Assembly: GCA_965215015.1 (NCBI GenBank)
Contig: OZ244042.1
Location: 480,001 to 544,000, forward strand
Direction: 5' to 3'
DNA length: 64,000 nucleotides
Origin: Candidatus Poribacteria bacterium
GTDB taxonomy: Bacteria; Poribacteria; WGA-4E; PCPOR2b
The notes below the pieces were generated by a model. The model made no database searches. It saw only the letters and a program-made list of their open reading frames with translations, and was not told where the DNA came from. Below, in pieces: positions 40,767 through 51,096 of the stretch. The first letter of the stretch is position 1. Each line of letters starts with the position of its first letter. The position numbers were made by a program, and so were the translations under genes.

Positions 40767-41861
40767 TCATGACGCGTACTTGTCTAGAACGGCTCGATCA
40801 ATCTCAATCCCCAAGCCCGGTTCCTGCGGCACGGGAACATATCCATCAACCGCCTGAATTGGTACTTTGGCGAGAGCGGTACGCAGACCATTTTCCGTCA
40901 TATCGAACTCAAACAGCGAAGGGATGGGGTTTAACGCCTGTGGGGAATCTGGAATCGTTGCTTGCCAATGCAACGTGGCAGCGAGACGGATGCTGCTGCC
41001 CCACATGTGTGGGAGTACACGAAGATGGTTGGCACTCGCCATCGCCGCGATTTTGCGGCACTCAGTGAATCCCCCCGCGATGCTAACATCGGGTTGCACG
41101 ATGTCGTATCCACGTCTTTGGATAAGGTCTCGGAACCCCCAACGTCCCTGTAAGCCCTCGCCGCCGGCAATCCGCATGTTGAGTGAACGGCGAATTTCTA
41201 CATAGCCCTCTACATCGTTTGTCGTGATCGGTTCCTCATACCAGAAGAGATCATTCTCAGCGATTTTCTGTCCAACATCAATTGCTGTCCCAACATCGTA
41301 ACCGCAATTCGCATCAACTGCAAGGATAATCGTATCCCCAATCGCTTTCCGCACAGCAGCGACGTTTTTGACATCGTAGGCTTCCCCAAATCCAATCTTC
41401 ATTTTCATGGCGGGAAAACCTTGATCAACATAGCTTTTCGCTTCGTCCATCAATGTTTGGGTGATGTCAGGCACCTCTTTTTTAAAAAGACCGGTGGCAT
41501 AGGCAGGGATTCGGTTCCTGAACGCACCCCCGAGGAGGCGGTAAATGGGTTGATCCAACGCTTTCCCTACAATGTCCCACAGTGCGATGTCCACCCCACT
41601 TATAGCGGCGGTGTTGCTCCTGCCCCGTTGGTACAGCTCATTCCAGATGACCTCTATATCAAACGAGTCCTTTCCAATCAGGCAAGTATCAATTGCTGCT
41701 TGCGAGGGCGTACTTGTACCTTCTCCCCAACCCGTAATGCCAGCATCGGTGCGGATCTCCACGATACCGGCATGTCTCGCCTTTGACCATGTTCGTGCGT
41801 TTGCAAACGGTTCGACCAAGGGATAACTGAGATTGTAGGTTTTGACTTCGGTGATTTTCAT
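40767..41861 (-). CDS. Mandelate racemase/muconate lactonizing enzyme family protein
   Basis: MKITEVKTY start, VDIALWDIVGK, KMKIG, VDAN, WYEEP. Confidence 0.9.
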   Translation of the reverse strand: MKITEVKTYNLSYPLVEPFANARTWSKARHAGIVEIRTDAGITGWGEGTSTPSQAAIDTCLIGKDSFDIEVIWNELYQRGRSNTAAISGVDIALWDIVGKALDQPIYRLLGGAFRNRIPAYATGLFKKEVPDITQTLMDEAKSYVDQGFPAMKMKIGFGEAYDVKNVAAVRKAIGDTIILAVDANCGYDVGTAIDVGQKIAENDLFWYEEPITTNDVEGYVEIRRSLNMRIAGGEGLQGRWGFRDLIQRRGYDIVQPDVSIAGGFTECRKIAAMASANHLRVLPHMWGSSIRLAATLHWQATIPDSPQALNPIPSLFEFDMTENGLRTALAKVPIQAVDGYVPVPQEPGLGIEIDRAVLDKYAS

Positions 41862-41882
41862 GCTTTCATTGATACGTGATAA

Positions 41883-42025
41883 CGCAAGTTGCTGTTCGTT
41901 GTTCAGGTGTTTGTCTGAATCATGAAACGTAATGCGTAAGAAGTTCATTAGAGACAAGGGTACGGCATACGGAGCCCCGATAAGATCGGGGTTCAAAGTA
42001 ACATGTCTACTACTAGCAACTTGGG
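41883..42025. mobile_element. MITE family B copy B3, inverted relative to B1
   Basis: CGCAAGTTGCTG ... CTAGCAACTTGGG; GTAATGCGTAAGAAGTTCATTA is nearly the reverse complement of B1 internal sequence. Confidence 0.72.
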
Positions 42026-42213
42026 TTATGATAGGTAGAACATTTAGATTAAGTTCAAGTTCAAATATTTTGAGATTGCTTAGTAGTGATAGTGATAACT
42101 TCGGTCATCTTATCTTAGAGAATCACAATATTAGGTATTGTAACACAAGTTTTTACCGAAAGCGACTACTAAATGGGTCTTGAATGTGGAACAATGGGTG
42201 AAAATTGTACAAA

Positions 42214-42960
42214 TCATTGTTCAAGGCAAGTGTAACAGTACCTTGACCGTCTCATCTCTTCCAAGAAGGGATTGTCCTCGTCGTAGTAATACGCGGCCTC
42301 TTCAACGGAGATTTGGCTTTCTTTGGTGAGCCGCAGCGGCGAAGAAAACTGCTCGATAACCCCCTTTTGAGCCAACCATTCGCAAATAAGTCCGACCCAA
42401 GCCTGCCGTACTCCAAAGTGGTCACTCAACTCGATGGTGGTACGCGTGCCGCCTGCACTCGCCAAAAAATCAAAAAGCGGTTGAAAAAGGGTGAAGGTGC
42501 GATCTTCTGGATAGCGATCAATCATCTCAAGTGCATAATGAATTCGTCTCTTCATCCTTTTCCTTATCCATTAGATCCGTAAAGATCGCGTCAAAGAAAT
42601 TGGGATTATGTACTCTCGCTTGATAAATGGCTTTCCGCCTCGGCACTTCCCCGTGCATAATGGTCTCAACCCGTGCCCCCTGCTGAACCACAAACATGAT
42701 GTATAAAAAGCTATAGTTGAAATCTCTTTTCACATAAAACCACTTTTCCGCCTTTGTCAATAGCGCGAAGATATCATTCCCGGCGTTCATAAGTTGCGTT
42801 TCCCGACCTCTTTGACCAACGCGTTCAAGGTTGCTGTGCCATTCCTCAATGACTTCATCTCTTGAAAAAAGTACTCGACTTCTAAAGAGAACCGAATGCA
42901 ATTCACTTCCCTGTAATCCGCGTTCGAGAGTCTGCTTGTATTGTTTTTGTGGATGCATGG
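42214..42960 (-). pseudogene. Frameshifted, 5'-truncated hypothetical gene
   Basis: Overlapping ORFs 42527..43120 and 42214..42555 read as one broken gene. Confidence 0.5.
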
Positions 42961-42999
42961 TTTCAAGAGATTTGAGGTGACTGCGGTATCTAAATTGTG

Positions 43000-43110
43000 T
43001 ACGTGTGATTGATGAGCAAGTGAATTTCGTTCGGCAAGGAATCCGGCACTTGAGGGGTTGCCCGTCTGGTCTCCTGACAGTGACCGTATTGCCTTCGTGT
43101 CTAATATGGA
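43000..43110 (+). pseudogene. Isolated PD40 repeat fragment
   Basis: Manual translation NPALEGLPVWSPDSDRIAFVSN from 43040. Confidence 0.6.
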
Positions 43111-43196
43111 GTTGGCTCACTCAAACACAGGGTTTAGATCTCATGGAGCTACAGCGATACGGAAAATGCCGATCCACAAGTAAGATGTTCTGAAAC

Positions 43197-44249
43197 TTAA
43201 AATTTGCCATCCCGCACCTCAAATTTGGTCGGCTTCCCCAAAGTCATCCCTCCGATTTCTACCCAATGCGCTACCCACTGCACCATCTGTTCGAGTGAAA
43301 TTCGCGGATAACCGAAAAGATGGTGACTGCGAGCGGCGTTACTCAGGAGGGCAGTATCTGCCTCTACCCCTTCAAAGACGGGTACTTTCCCAAAAATTTC
43401 ACCGAACCGTGTGGCGAGCCAGCGAATCGAAACGATTTCTGGCCCTGTGAGGTTAAGAAGCATCGGCGGACTTTGGCAGTGCATGAGGGACCGCAGTACG
43501 ACTGCGTTTGCGTCTCTTTGCCAGATGACGTTGGCGGCTCCCATTGTCACATCCACAGGCTTCTCACCGTAAACCTTTTCTGCGATGTCTAGCAGGATGC
43601 CATACCGCAGATCGATGGCGTAGTTCAAACGGAGGATTGCGAGGGTTGTCCCGAATTGATTTGAGGCGTGTTCAAACACCCGCTCGCGCCCAAGACAGGA
43701 CTGCGCGTATTCGCCGATCGGATCCACAGAGTGTGTCTCCGTTGCGCCGCCGTACGAAACGGGTGTCAGTGGATAGACGTTTCCCGTCGAAAAGACGGCG
43801 ATACGGGAGTTCCGATATTTTTCGGCAACCCGTCCGGGCAGATAGGTATTCATCGCCCACGTCAGAGACTCATTTCCTGTGGCACCAAATTTCCTACCCG
43901 CCATGAAAATCACATTGGGGACCTCCGGCAACCTCCGCAATTCGGTTTCGTTGAGCAGATCACATGCAATGGTCTCAATGCCCGCCCGATTCAGATCGGC
44001 TTGTAAGCCCGGCGATGAGAAACGAGACACGCCGATCACTCTTTTGCCTGAACCTGATTTGTCAATAGCACGTTTTGCTAGTTTTGCTAACGTCGGTCCC
44101 ATCTTCCCACCCACACCCAGTACAAGCAAATCGCCCGTCATTTCCCTCATCGCTTCAACAACCTCTGGCGTAGGTCTGGACATCACTTCTTCAAGCTGCT
44201 CTGAACCCTCAATGTATTGGGGCTGTGATACTGCTTCTATTGTATTCAT
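43197..44249 (-). CDS. NAD-dependent epimerase/dehydratase
   Basis: LGVGGKMGPTLA, MAGRKFG, STGNVY, YAQSC. Confidence 0.85.
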   Translation of the reverse strand: MNTIEAVSQPQYIEGSEQLEEVMSRPTPEVVEAMREMTGDLLVLGVGGKMGPTLAKLAKRAIDKSGSGKRVIGVSRFSSPGLQADLNRAGIETIACDLLNETELRRLPEVPNVIFMAGRKFGATGNESLTWAMNTYLPGRVAEKYRNSRIAVFSTGNVYPLTPVSYGGATETHSVDPIGEYAQSCLGRERVFEHASNQFGTTLAILRLNYAIDLRYGILLDIAEKVYGEKPVDVTMGAANVIWQRDANAVVLRSLMHCQSPPMLLNLTGPEIVSIRWLATRFGEIFGKVPVFEGVEADTALLSNAARSHHLFGYPRISLEQMVQWVAHWVEIGGMTLGKPTKFEVRDGKF

Positions 44250-44253
44250 CTGC

Positions 44254-45144
44254 TTACTTCCGGCGTGAAAGGTAAGACGCCAGCGCATAATCAAACGGCG
44301 TTGCCGTGTCGATCTGTACGTAGTCAATTAAACTGGCACCACACCCCCGGCGGTAGGCTTGAATGAACTGATTCAATTGTTCCAGATAACCGGCTTTGAG
44401 TGCCTCTGCCTGTGTTGAGAGGGTGCCATCTGTCTCCATATCGCGAAAAACAACCGGGCCTTCAAACGGAAATGTCATCTCGGCTTTGTCGAGCAGATGG
44501 AACACAATGACTTCGTGCTTGCGGTGGCGAAAATGTTTAAGGGCTGAGAGGACCTCTGACGGCTGATCAAGCAGGTCGGAAATTACAATGACCAATCCAC
44601 GACGAATAATCCGTTTGGCAAGTTCATTAAAAGTAGCACTGATGCTTGTTTCTTCGCCCGGCTGAATGGTTTCCAAGGTGGACATGATGGCGTGCAAGTG
44701 GGTTGCAGCACCACGTGGCGGGATGTATTGCCTGATATGCGTGTCAAAGACCGCCAAACCTGCGGAGTCCCGCTGCTTGAGCATCAGATACGTCAGCGAT
44801 GCAGCAAGATAACAAGCGTATTCAAACTTGGTGATGCCATTGTCATTATATTTATAGCTCATCGATCCGCTGGCATCGAGCAGAATATAGGCGCGGAGGT
44901 TGGTCTCCTCCTCGAACTTTTTGATGTAGTAACGATCGGATTTACCGTAAACCTTCCAATCAATATAACGGATGGCGTCGCCGGGCATGTATTGCCGGTG
45001 CTCCGCGAATTCCACGCTGAACCCCTGATACGGGCTCTTGTGCCGTCCCGTGATAAAACCTTCCACAACCAGACGAGCGACCAGTTCCATGCCGCCGAGC
45101 CGGGAAAGGGCTGTGGGATCTAAGTATCTGTGAGATGTTCTCAT
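44254..45144 (-). CDS. DUF58 (vWA-associated) protein
   Basis: GFSVEFAEHRQYMPGD..IDWK, LDASGSM. Confidence 0.92.
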   Translation of the reverse strand: MRTSHRYLDPTALSRLGGMELVARLVVEGFITGRHKSPYQGFSVEFAEHRQYMPGDAIRYIDWKVYGKSDRYYIKKFEEETNLRAYILLDASGSMSYKYNDNGITKFEYACYLAASLTYLMLKQRDSAGLAVFDTHIRQYIPPRGAATHLHAIMSTLETIQPGEETSISATFNELAKRIIRRGLVIVISDLLDQPSEVLSALKHFRHRKHEVIVFHLLDKAEMTFPFEGPVVFRDMETDGTLSTQAEALKAGYLEQLNQFIQAYRRGCGASLIDYVQIDTATPFDYALASYLSRRK

Positions 45145-45178
45145 GGTTTCTCCGTTCTTTTGAGGACAAGCTTTGAGG

Positions 45179-46009
45179 TCAAGATGATTTTACATTGAAC
45201 ACTCTTGCCTCCGGGTGAGGTACAATAATCGCAGCGACTGAGCCCTCCGGCGTCAGTTGAAATTCCTCTGATAGCTCAACACCAATCCGCCACGGCTCAA
45301 GCAGTTGCCATAGCTTGGCGAGTGCTGCTAAGTCTGGACAAGCAGCATCCCCGAACCGAAAACGTGCACCCTGATAGCTCCCGTGAAACAGATCGAGGAC
45401 GTACGGACTATCTTCCGCAGCGATGTCAAGTTCGAGGCGGATCTGTCTGTGGGCATACTCTTCTAACGCTTCAGTCGTTTCGATAGCCATCCCGCGTAGA
45501 TGCAGGAATCTCCCTTCATTGCCTTCCGCCATCGCCTGTTGCATAACCTCCGTAATGGTGGGACCAACGGTGACAAGCTGAAACCCCACGACATCCATCT
45601 GAATAGAATCAACGCCGGCAAAGTAATCGGTGATGCAGCGTCGCTCTTCAGTGTGCGTCTGACGGGGGAAGGTGAAACGGACCCATTCGGTTTGGGCATC
45701 GGCGTGGTAGATGATGAGTTCGTCGCCATCTGACTGAGCATAAAAATAACCATACACTACCAATGGACGTAACCAGCCGTTATCCATGCAGAGCTGCTTA
45801 TAATGTTGATATATTGGCACAATTTCCCGCTCGATAAAGCGGTCATATTCGTGCTGCGACATACCTTGCTGACGGCGATACCCCCACTGAACGCGGAACA
45901 GTACCACAGGGTTGATATAGTTGTAGACTTGTTCCAACGAGATGTCCGTGACGACCTTTGCGCCGTAGAATGGCGGCGTCGGAATGTGGGAGTGAGACGC
46001 AAACTGCAA
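45179..46009 (-). CDS. Stand-alone B12-dependent methionine synthase activation (AdoMet-binding) domain
   Basis: IPTPPFYG, VYGYF, FTFPRQ, ACPDL, LSEEFQLTPE, HPEA. Confidence 0.8.
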   Translation of the reverse strand: MQFASHSHIPTPPFYGAKVVTDISLEQVYNYINPVVLFRVQWGYRRQQGMSQHEYDRFIEREIVPIYQHYKQLCMDNGWLRPLVVYGYFYAQSDGDELIIYHADAQTEWVRFTFPRQTHTEERRCITDYFAGVDSIQMDVVGFQLVTVGPTITEVMQQAMAEGNEGRFLHLRGMAIETTEALEEYAHRQIRLELDIAAEDSPYVLDLFHGSYQGARFRFGDAACPDLAALAKLWQLLEPWRIGVELSEEFQLTPEGSVAAIIVPHPEARVFNVKSS

Positions 46010-46052
46010 GGTATGAACCCTTCCTTATCTTGTAGGGATTGAGACCCGTTTT

Positions 46053-47438
46053 CTATTCCACTCGCCCGGAAGCCAATTCATACTTTCCCTGAATCCCCTT
46101 GACAGCTGCTGCACTCCCGTGCCGCCAGAAGTAATTCCCGAACTGTGATGCCAAACGGAGAGCCTCATTCGGATGCTGATCAATGAGATTGTTCCGCTCG
46201 CGCGGGTCTTCAAGCAGGTTGTAGAGCTCATCGGGCTCACCTTCAGGACGCTGGATATAGCTCCATGTCGCATCCCGAATGCACCGATCTGCCCCTTCAT
46301 GGTATCCCGTAATAACAGTATCACGATGCGAATCGCTGTTCCCTTTGAGGACACTGAGGAAACTGTCCCCATGCATCGACGATATGTTATTCCCAAATCC
46401 GAGTGTCTCAAGCACTGTCGGAAGGAAATCTTGAAATTGTATAATCGCACCGGTTCGGCGTGCACCTTCGCCCTTCGGCAAACGTACCATAAAGGGAATC
46501 TTGAGAAGTTCATTGTACATCCGGTCTGCGCCCTTGAGAAACTTCCCGTGATCACCGAGGGGATGTCCGTGGTCTGCAAGCAGGAAGATTAACGAATCGT
46601 CATAATATCCAAGCTGTTTCAGCCGGTCAAAGAGTCTGCCAAGACAACTATCCACAAAAGCCGCCTCGCCAGCGTAAAGCCCCTGGATGTGCTTAATCTC
46701 AGCATCGTTCGCCCAATCACTTGCCATGCCGCCCATCGGCATAACAATACGGGGTCCACTATAATCCGAATCAGTATAGGTGTCCCACGGATCCGGCGGA
46801 TCCCACGGTTCGTGGGGGTCGAAGGAATCGATCCAGAGGAAGATTGCCTCATGTGGACGGTTCCCCTCAAGCCATTCAACCGCTTCATCCACTACCTGAT
46901 GGGCGAACCAATCTTCGGCACCTGCGAATTGGTCGGTGTTTGCCAGAAATTGACTGATTCGATTGCGCCACTGTTCGGGGAAATTCTCGTTGAGATAGTC
47001 GTTGAGGTTCCGTTTCAGAGGGGCAGACACATACGGGTCGTACTCCTGCCCACGAATCCAGCGGTAGGAATGGAAGTCGCGGTGGAAGTTCATTCTCGGT
47101 GCACGGTAGTGATAGGTATCTGAAATGAGCCCAGAAACATATCCCTCTTGGCTCAAGATCTGTGCGATTGCCACATCTTCCGGGGTCAACGGCTGCCAAG
47201 GACGATACGGAAGTGTCCGCTGTCCCGTCATCAATTGGGTGCGAATTGGGATTGTGGGTAAGGCTTCCGGGTAGGCATTCTCGAAAACAATGCACTCTTC
47301 CGCGAACCGATCGATATTGGGGGTTTGACACGGCGCGATGCCTTCAAACGCGGGGGTGCCTTTGTGATAAATGCTGACGTGATCTTGACGGAAACTATCC
47401 AATACAATAACAATAAGATTCACTATGATGACCTCCAA
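46053..47438 (-). CDS. Sulfatase-like alkaline phosphatase superfamily hydrolase
   Basis: LDSFRQDH, TPNID, PTIPIR, DPHEPWDPP, ADHG, ELYNL..DP.E. Confidence 0.85.
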   Translation of the reverse strand: MEVIIVNLIVIVLDSFRQDHVSIYHKGTPAFEGIAPCQTPNIDRFAEECIVFENAYPEALPTIPIRTQLMTGQRTLPYRPWQPLTPEDVAIAQILSQEGYVSGLISDTYHYRAPRMNFHRDFHSYRWIRGQEYDPYVSAPLKRNLNDYLNENFPEQWRNRISQFLANTDQFAGAEDWFAHQVVDEAVEWLEGNRPHEAIFLWIDSFDPHEPWDPPDPWDTYTDSDYSGPRIVMPMGGMASDWANDAEIKHIQGLYAGEAAFVDSCLGRLFDRLKQLGYYDDSLIFLLADHGHPLGDHGKFLKGADRMYNELLKIPFMVRLPKGEGARRTGAIIQFQDFLPTVLETLGFGNNISSMHGDSFLSVLKGNSDSHRDTVITGYHEGADRCIRDATWSYIQRPEGEPDELYNLLEDPRERNNLIDQHPNEALRLASQFGNYFWRHGSAAAVKGIQGKYELASGRVE

Positions 47439-47465
47439 GGTCCAGATCTGTACTGCTTTTTCTCG

Positions 47466-47999
47466 CTAGGTTCTGTTGACATTTGAGTGTCAAGATATGA
47501 ATTATAGATCTACAGGCCATCTGCCGGTATTGAACCGAGCAGAAGGGTCGGGCAAGATGCCCAACCTACGGGTGTAGTGTTGGGTTCCACTATATTCATC
47601 TATAAGCAGATGTTGTTGCAAAATGTAGTTTCTATTGTCGTTGATAGAACTTCCTTTTACTGTCGCGCAATGTTCCGGCAGATTGAGCCAGGATTATCGC
47701 CCCATAGTATCTAGTATTCTCTTGCGCTGTAGTCATGGTATCCTCGGCGATTCATCGCCGGTAAACATGCCTCTTAACGCCTGATGAATCGGGGGGCTAC
47801 AGTTCATCCATAGTAGCAGGCACACTCCGCCGTGCCGTCGTTGGTACAACGGGGATGGCATACGCCTTATGCCTACTACCTTAAAGACGCGCGACGAACG
47901 CGTTACAACAAACTCAAGTGCGTAACTCCTATACCGTTCAACTCAACTCCGTCCCGAGCGGCTTCGACCTATGTACTGTCAAATGTCAACACGCCCTAG
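47466..47999. mobile_element. MITE family C copy C2 carrying a partial family A copy (47729-47931)
   Basis: CTAG-GTTCTGTTGACATTTGA ... TCAAATGTCAACACGCC-CTAG; opposite orientation to C1. Confidence 0.78.
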
Positions 48000-48352
48000 A
48001 TCATTATGATTTCATTCTATCACAATCAGGTGGGAGCGACAAGCGTTTTTTCGCGATGTGCATCGCAGGAACGTAACGGATTAGGGTCGCAGGTTTTAGC
48101 AGAAACCGTAGGGGAATTGCATCTGTTATAGAAATTCGGCAAGTGACTAATCAGAAATTGGGGTTACCCCCGTCGTGGCACAGAGAGTAACCTCGATGCC
48201 TTCACGGTTTCCTAAACCACGGCGATCACAGGTTAGGAAGCACCGATTTCATCGAGGCACGCTCTGTGGCTACGAATATATTTCTATTATCGTATGCCAA
48301 AGTCATATACACTCTGGACATGCGATTGCTCTGCAGAAACCGCCTAACGCTA

Positions 48353-48381
48353 TTGACAAACCCAATCCGTCCGACTATAAT
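48353..48381 (+). promoter_or_regulatory. Consensus sigma70 promoter for rbsK
   Basis: TTGACA-17 bp-TATAAT. Confidence 0.8.
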
Positions 48382-48437
48382 CTACTCAGTTTCATCATTG
48401 TGCAGATATAAGTACGTCGTCGGTGGGAGAGGTAGGA

Positions 48438-49382
48438 ATGAACGGACAGAACCCGAAAGTTGTAGTTGTGGGAAGTTTTAATATGGACCTTGTGGCTAAA
48501 GCAGGACGCCGTCCACAAAAAGGTGAGACGCTCAGGGGAGAAACATTCGGCATGTTTATTGGAGGGAAAGGGAGCAATCAGGCAGTCGCTGCCGCACGCT
48601 TGGGGGCAGACGTAACGATGATTGGCAGGCTAGGAACGGATCTCTTTGGAGACACGTTAATGGCTGCCCATGCCAAGGCAGGTATCCACACGGATTATGT
48701 CATCCAAGATACGGCGGTCGGGACAGGCGTTGCGTCGATATTGATTGACGCCGATGGCGATAACAGCATCGTGCTTGTCCCGCAGGCGAATATGCGTCTG
48801 AGCGTTGCAGATATAGAACGGGCTTCAGAGTCTATCGCTGCTGCGGATGTACTCCTCCTACAATTGGAAGTACCGATTGCTGCTTCCCAACGTGCTGCAG
48901 AAATCGCGAAATCCAACGATGCAACGGTGGTGCTTAATCCCGCTCCAGCACAAGAATTGCCGGATGACTTTTTGGCGCAAGTAGATATTCTCACCCCCAA
49001 CGAAGTCGAGACCGAATCGCTGTCAGGTGTCAGAGTTTCCACGGCGATGGATGCAGAACGTGCCGCCAAAGTGCTGTTGGACAAAGGGCTTTCTGCTGTG
49101 ATTTTGACGCTCGGCGAGCGAGGCGCGCTATTACTGACACCGAATCTGATGCAACAGGTTCCAGCGTACTCAGTCGAGGTAGTGGATACAACCGCGGCAG
49201 GGGATGCCTTCTGTGGTGCACTCGCGACAGGGCTCGCACGGGGTGAAAACCTTGTTGATGCAGTTGCTTTCGCTAATGCCGCGGGTGCCTTAGCTGTTAC
49301 TGTGCTCGGTGCAGCCCCATCTATGCCAACTGCGGCGCAGGTTGAAGCGTTTTGTGAGAGGCACAATGATGCACAGTGTTGA
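48438..49382 (+). CDS. rbsK: Ribokinase
   Basis: GSFNMDL, GGKGSNQA, NPAPA, PNEVE, DTTAAGDAF. Confidence 0.9.
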   Translation: MNGQNPKVVVVGSFNMDLVAKAGRRPQKGETLRGETFGMFIGGKGSNQAVAAARLGADVTMIGRLGTDLFGDTLMAAHAKAGIHTDYVIQDTAVGTGVASILIDADGDNSIVLVPQANMRLSVADIERASESIAAADVLLLQLEVPIAASQRAAEIAKSNDATVVLNPAPAQELPDDFLAQVDILTPNEVETESLSGVRVSTAMDAERAAKVLLDKGLSAVILTLGERGALLLTPNLMQQVPAYSVEVVDTTAAGDAFCGALATGLARGENLVDAVAFANAAGALAVTVLGAAPSMPTAAQVEAFCERHNDAQC

Positions 49383-49428
49383 AACTCTCGAACTCTAACT
49401 TTTCTGAATAATCATTAGGAGGCATTAT

Positions 49429-51096
49429 ATGAACGGCGCACACTGGCTGGTTGAGACGCTTCAACGGCGCGGCGTGGAATACGTCTTCGCACTCTGCGGT
49501 AACGGGCTCAAACCGTTTCTCGACGCATGTATGGATTTACGGATGCCGGTGATTGACGTGAGGAACGAGCAATCCGCCGCATATATGGCAGATACATGGG
49601 GACGGATGACCAAGCGGATTGGGGTGGTTGCTGTGAGCGCGGGACCGGGACACACGAACACCCTCACCGGACTCGCCAACGCCTCCTGGGATGGCGGTCC
49701 AATGCTCCTGATTAGTGGATGTGCCACCACGGATACACGCGGTATGGGGCATTTCCAAGAGTTAGATCAGGTGGGTATGGCGGCACCAGTTTGTAAATAT
49801 GCCCGGTTTGTCGATCGTGTTGATGTTTTGGAACATGAATTTACCAATGCACTGGGGGCATCATTCGCTGGGCGTCCGGGACCGGTGCATCTGACTATAC
49901 CGGCTGATGTCTTTGGTGCACAGATGCCAGATTCAGCCATTGCTCGTTTGAAGGGGTCTTTGCCCAGTGTCCCCCATGTCAACCCGCAAGCCCCCGGTGA
50001 TTGGAATCTGATTTGTGATGTTGTTGAACAGCTGTGTGATGCCGAACGCCCTGTCATTATTGTCGGCAACGGTGCATTCTACGCTGACGCTGGTGATGTT
50101 CTTGCCCAATTTGCTAGTTTAACGCGTATACCTATTTTCTCAAATATGTGGTCGCGAGGGTGTATCGAGACGCCGTTGGAGGCGTATGTCGGTACAACCT
50201 TCGGCGGCGAGACCAACGGCGCATTTGCCAATCTCGCGGAGGTTGACCTTGCACTAGTGTTGGGTGCGGGCATTGATTATCGATTAGGATACGGTCGTCC
50301 TCCTGTCTTCTCCGAATCCGCCCGTTTTATCCGTGTTGATGTTGATCCGAATGAATTATCAAAAACAATTGAACCAGAGATTGGAATTGTCGGCGATCCA
50401 CGATCTGTCCTTGAGGGACTGAATGATGCAGGAAAAAGCTGTCAGTGGAACCATCAGGCGTGGCTGGCAAAAGTACGTCACAGCCGCGAAGCATTGCTAG
50501 CGAAGTGGGCGACACGAGGGCATGAGGACGTAACTCCACTTGCCTCCATACGAATCTGCCGGGAGATTCAACCGTTTCTGGACCAGGATGTAACCTTTCT
50601 GCTCGATGGTGGAAACATCGGACGCTGGGCACACCTGAGCCTCTGGAATCGTCACCCAGCGCACTGGTTCACTTGTGGTGCAAGCGGTATTGTCGGTTGG
50701 GGAGTGCCGGGTGCAGTCGCCGCGAAGTTAGCGCGACCGGATAAACCGGTGCTGCTTTTGAGTGGGGATGGTTCAGCTGGCTTTACGATTACGGAGATCG
50801 AAACAGCGTTGCGTTTCAATACACCTTACGTCGCCGTTGTCGCGCACGACAGCGCGTGGGGCATAGAAGCGGACTCTCGTTCGCCCGAGCGTCGCATGGG
50901 GACGGTGTTCGGCGAAATCCGCTTTGATCGCGTCGCCGAGGCACTTGGCGGGCAAGGGGTATATATTGAGCATCCCGGTCAGCTTGCACCGGCGATTGAA
51001 CGTGGACTCGCCGCGGATACGGTTACTTTTATTCATGTCCCGACGGAGCTTGGGGGGATTGGGTATCTGGATAGACAATATACAAAAAAGGAATAG
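49429..51096 (+). CDS. ThDP-binding enzyme (acetolactate synthase/2-hydroxyacyl-CoA lyase-like)
   Basis: VRNEQSAAYMAD, GPG, FQELDQ, GRPGPV, GDGSAGF. Confidence 0.85.
   Translation: MNGAHWLVETLQRRGVEYVFALCGNGLKPFLDACMDLRMPVIDVRNEQSAAYMADTWGRMTKRIGVVAVSAGPGHTNTLTGLANASWDGGPMLLISGCATTDTRGMGHFQELDQVGMAAPVCKYARFVDRVDVLEHEFTNALGASFAGRPGPVHLTIPADVFGAQMPDSAIARLKGSLPSVPHVNPQAPGDWNLICDVVEQLCDAERPVIIVGNGAFYADAGDVLAQFASLTRIPIFSNMWSRGCIETPLEAYVGTTFGGETNGAFANLAEVDLALVLGAGIDYRLGYGRPPVFSESARFIRVDVDPNELSKTIEPEIGIVGDPRSVLEGLNDAGKSCQWNHQAWLAKVRHSREALLAKWATRGHEDVTPLASIRICREIQPFLDQDVTFLLDGGNIGRWAHLSLWNRHPAHWFTCGASGIVGWGVPGAVAAKLARPDKPVLLLSGDGSAGFTITEIETALRFNTPYVAVVAHDSAWGIEADSRSPERRMGTVFGEIRFDRVAEALGGQGVYIEHPGQLAPAIERGLAADTVTFIHVPTELGGIGYLDRQYTKKE

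Noticed and set aside
41862-41996. N-terminal extension of ORF 40767..41996
   Set aside because: It runs through MITE B3; the family-typical start is at 41861.
47600-47725. RAYT transposase remnant (minus-strand WLNLPEH)
   Set aside because: Only a 7-residue resemblance, next to a stop codon, with no HUH motif; insufficient support.
48695-49366. Long antisense ORFs (also 55413..56015, 46025..46579, 51912..52457)
   Set aside because: Shadows of well-supported genes on the opposite strand.
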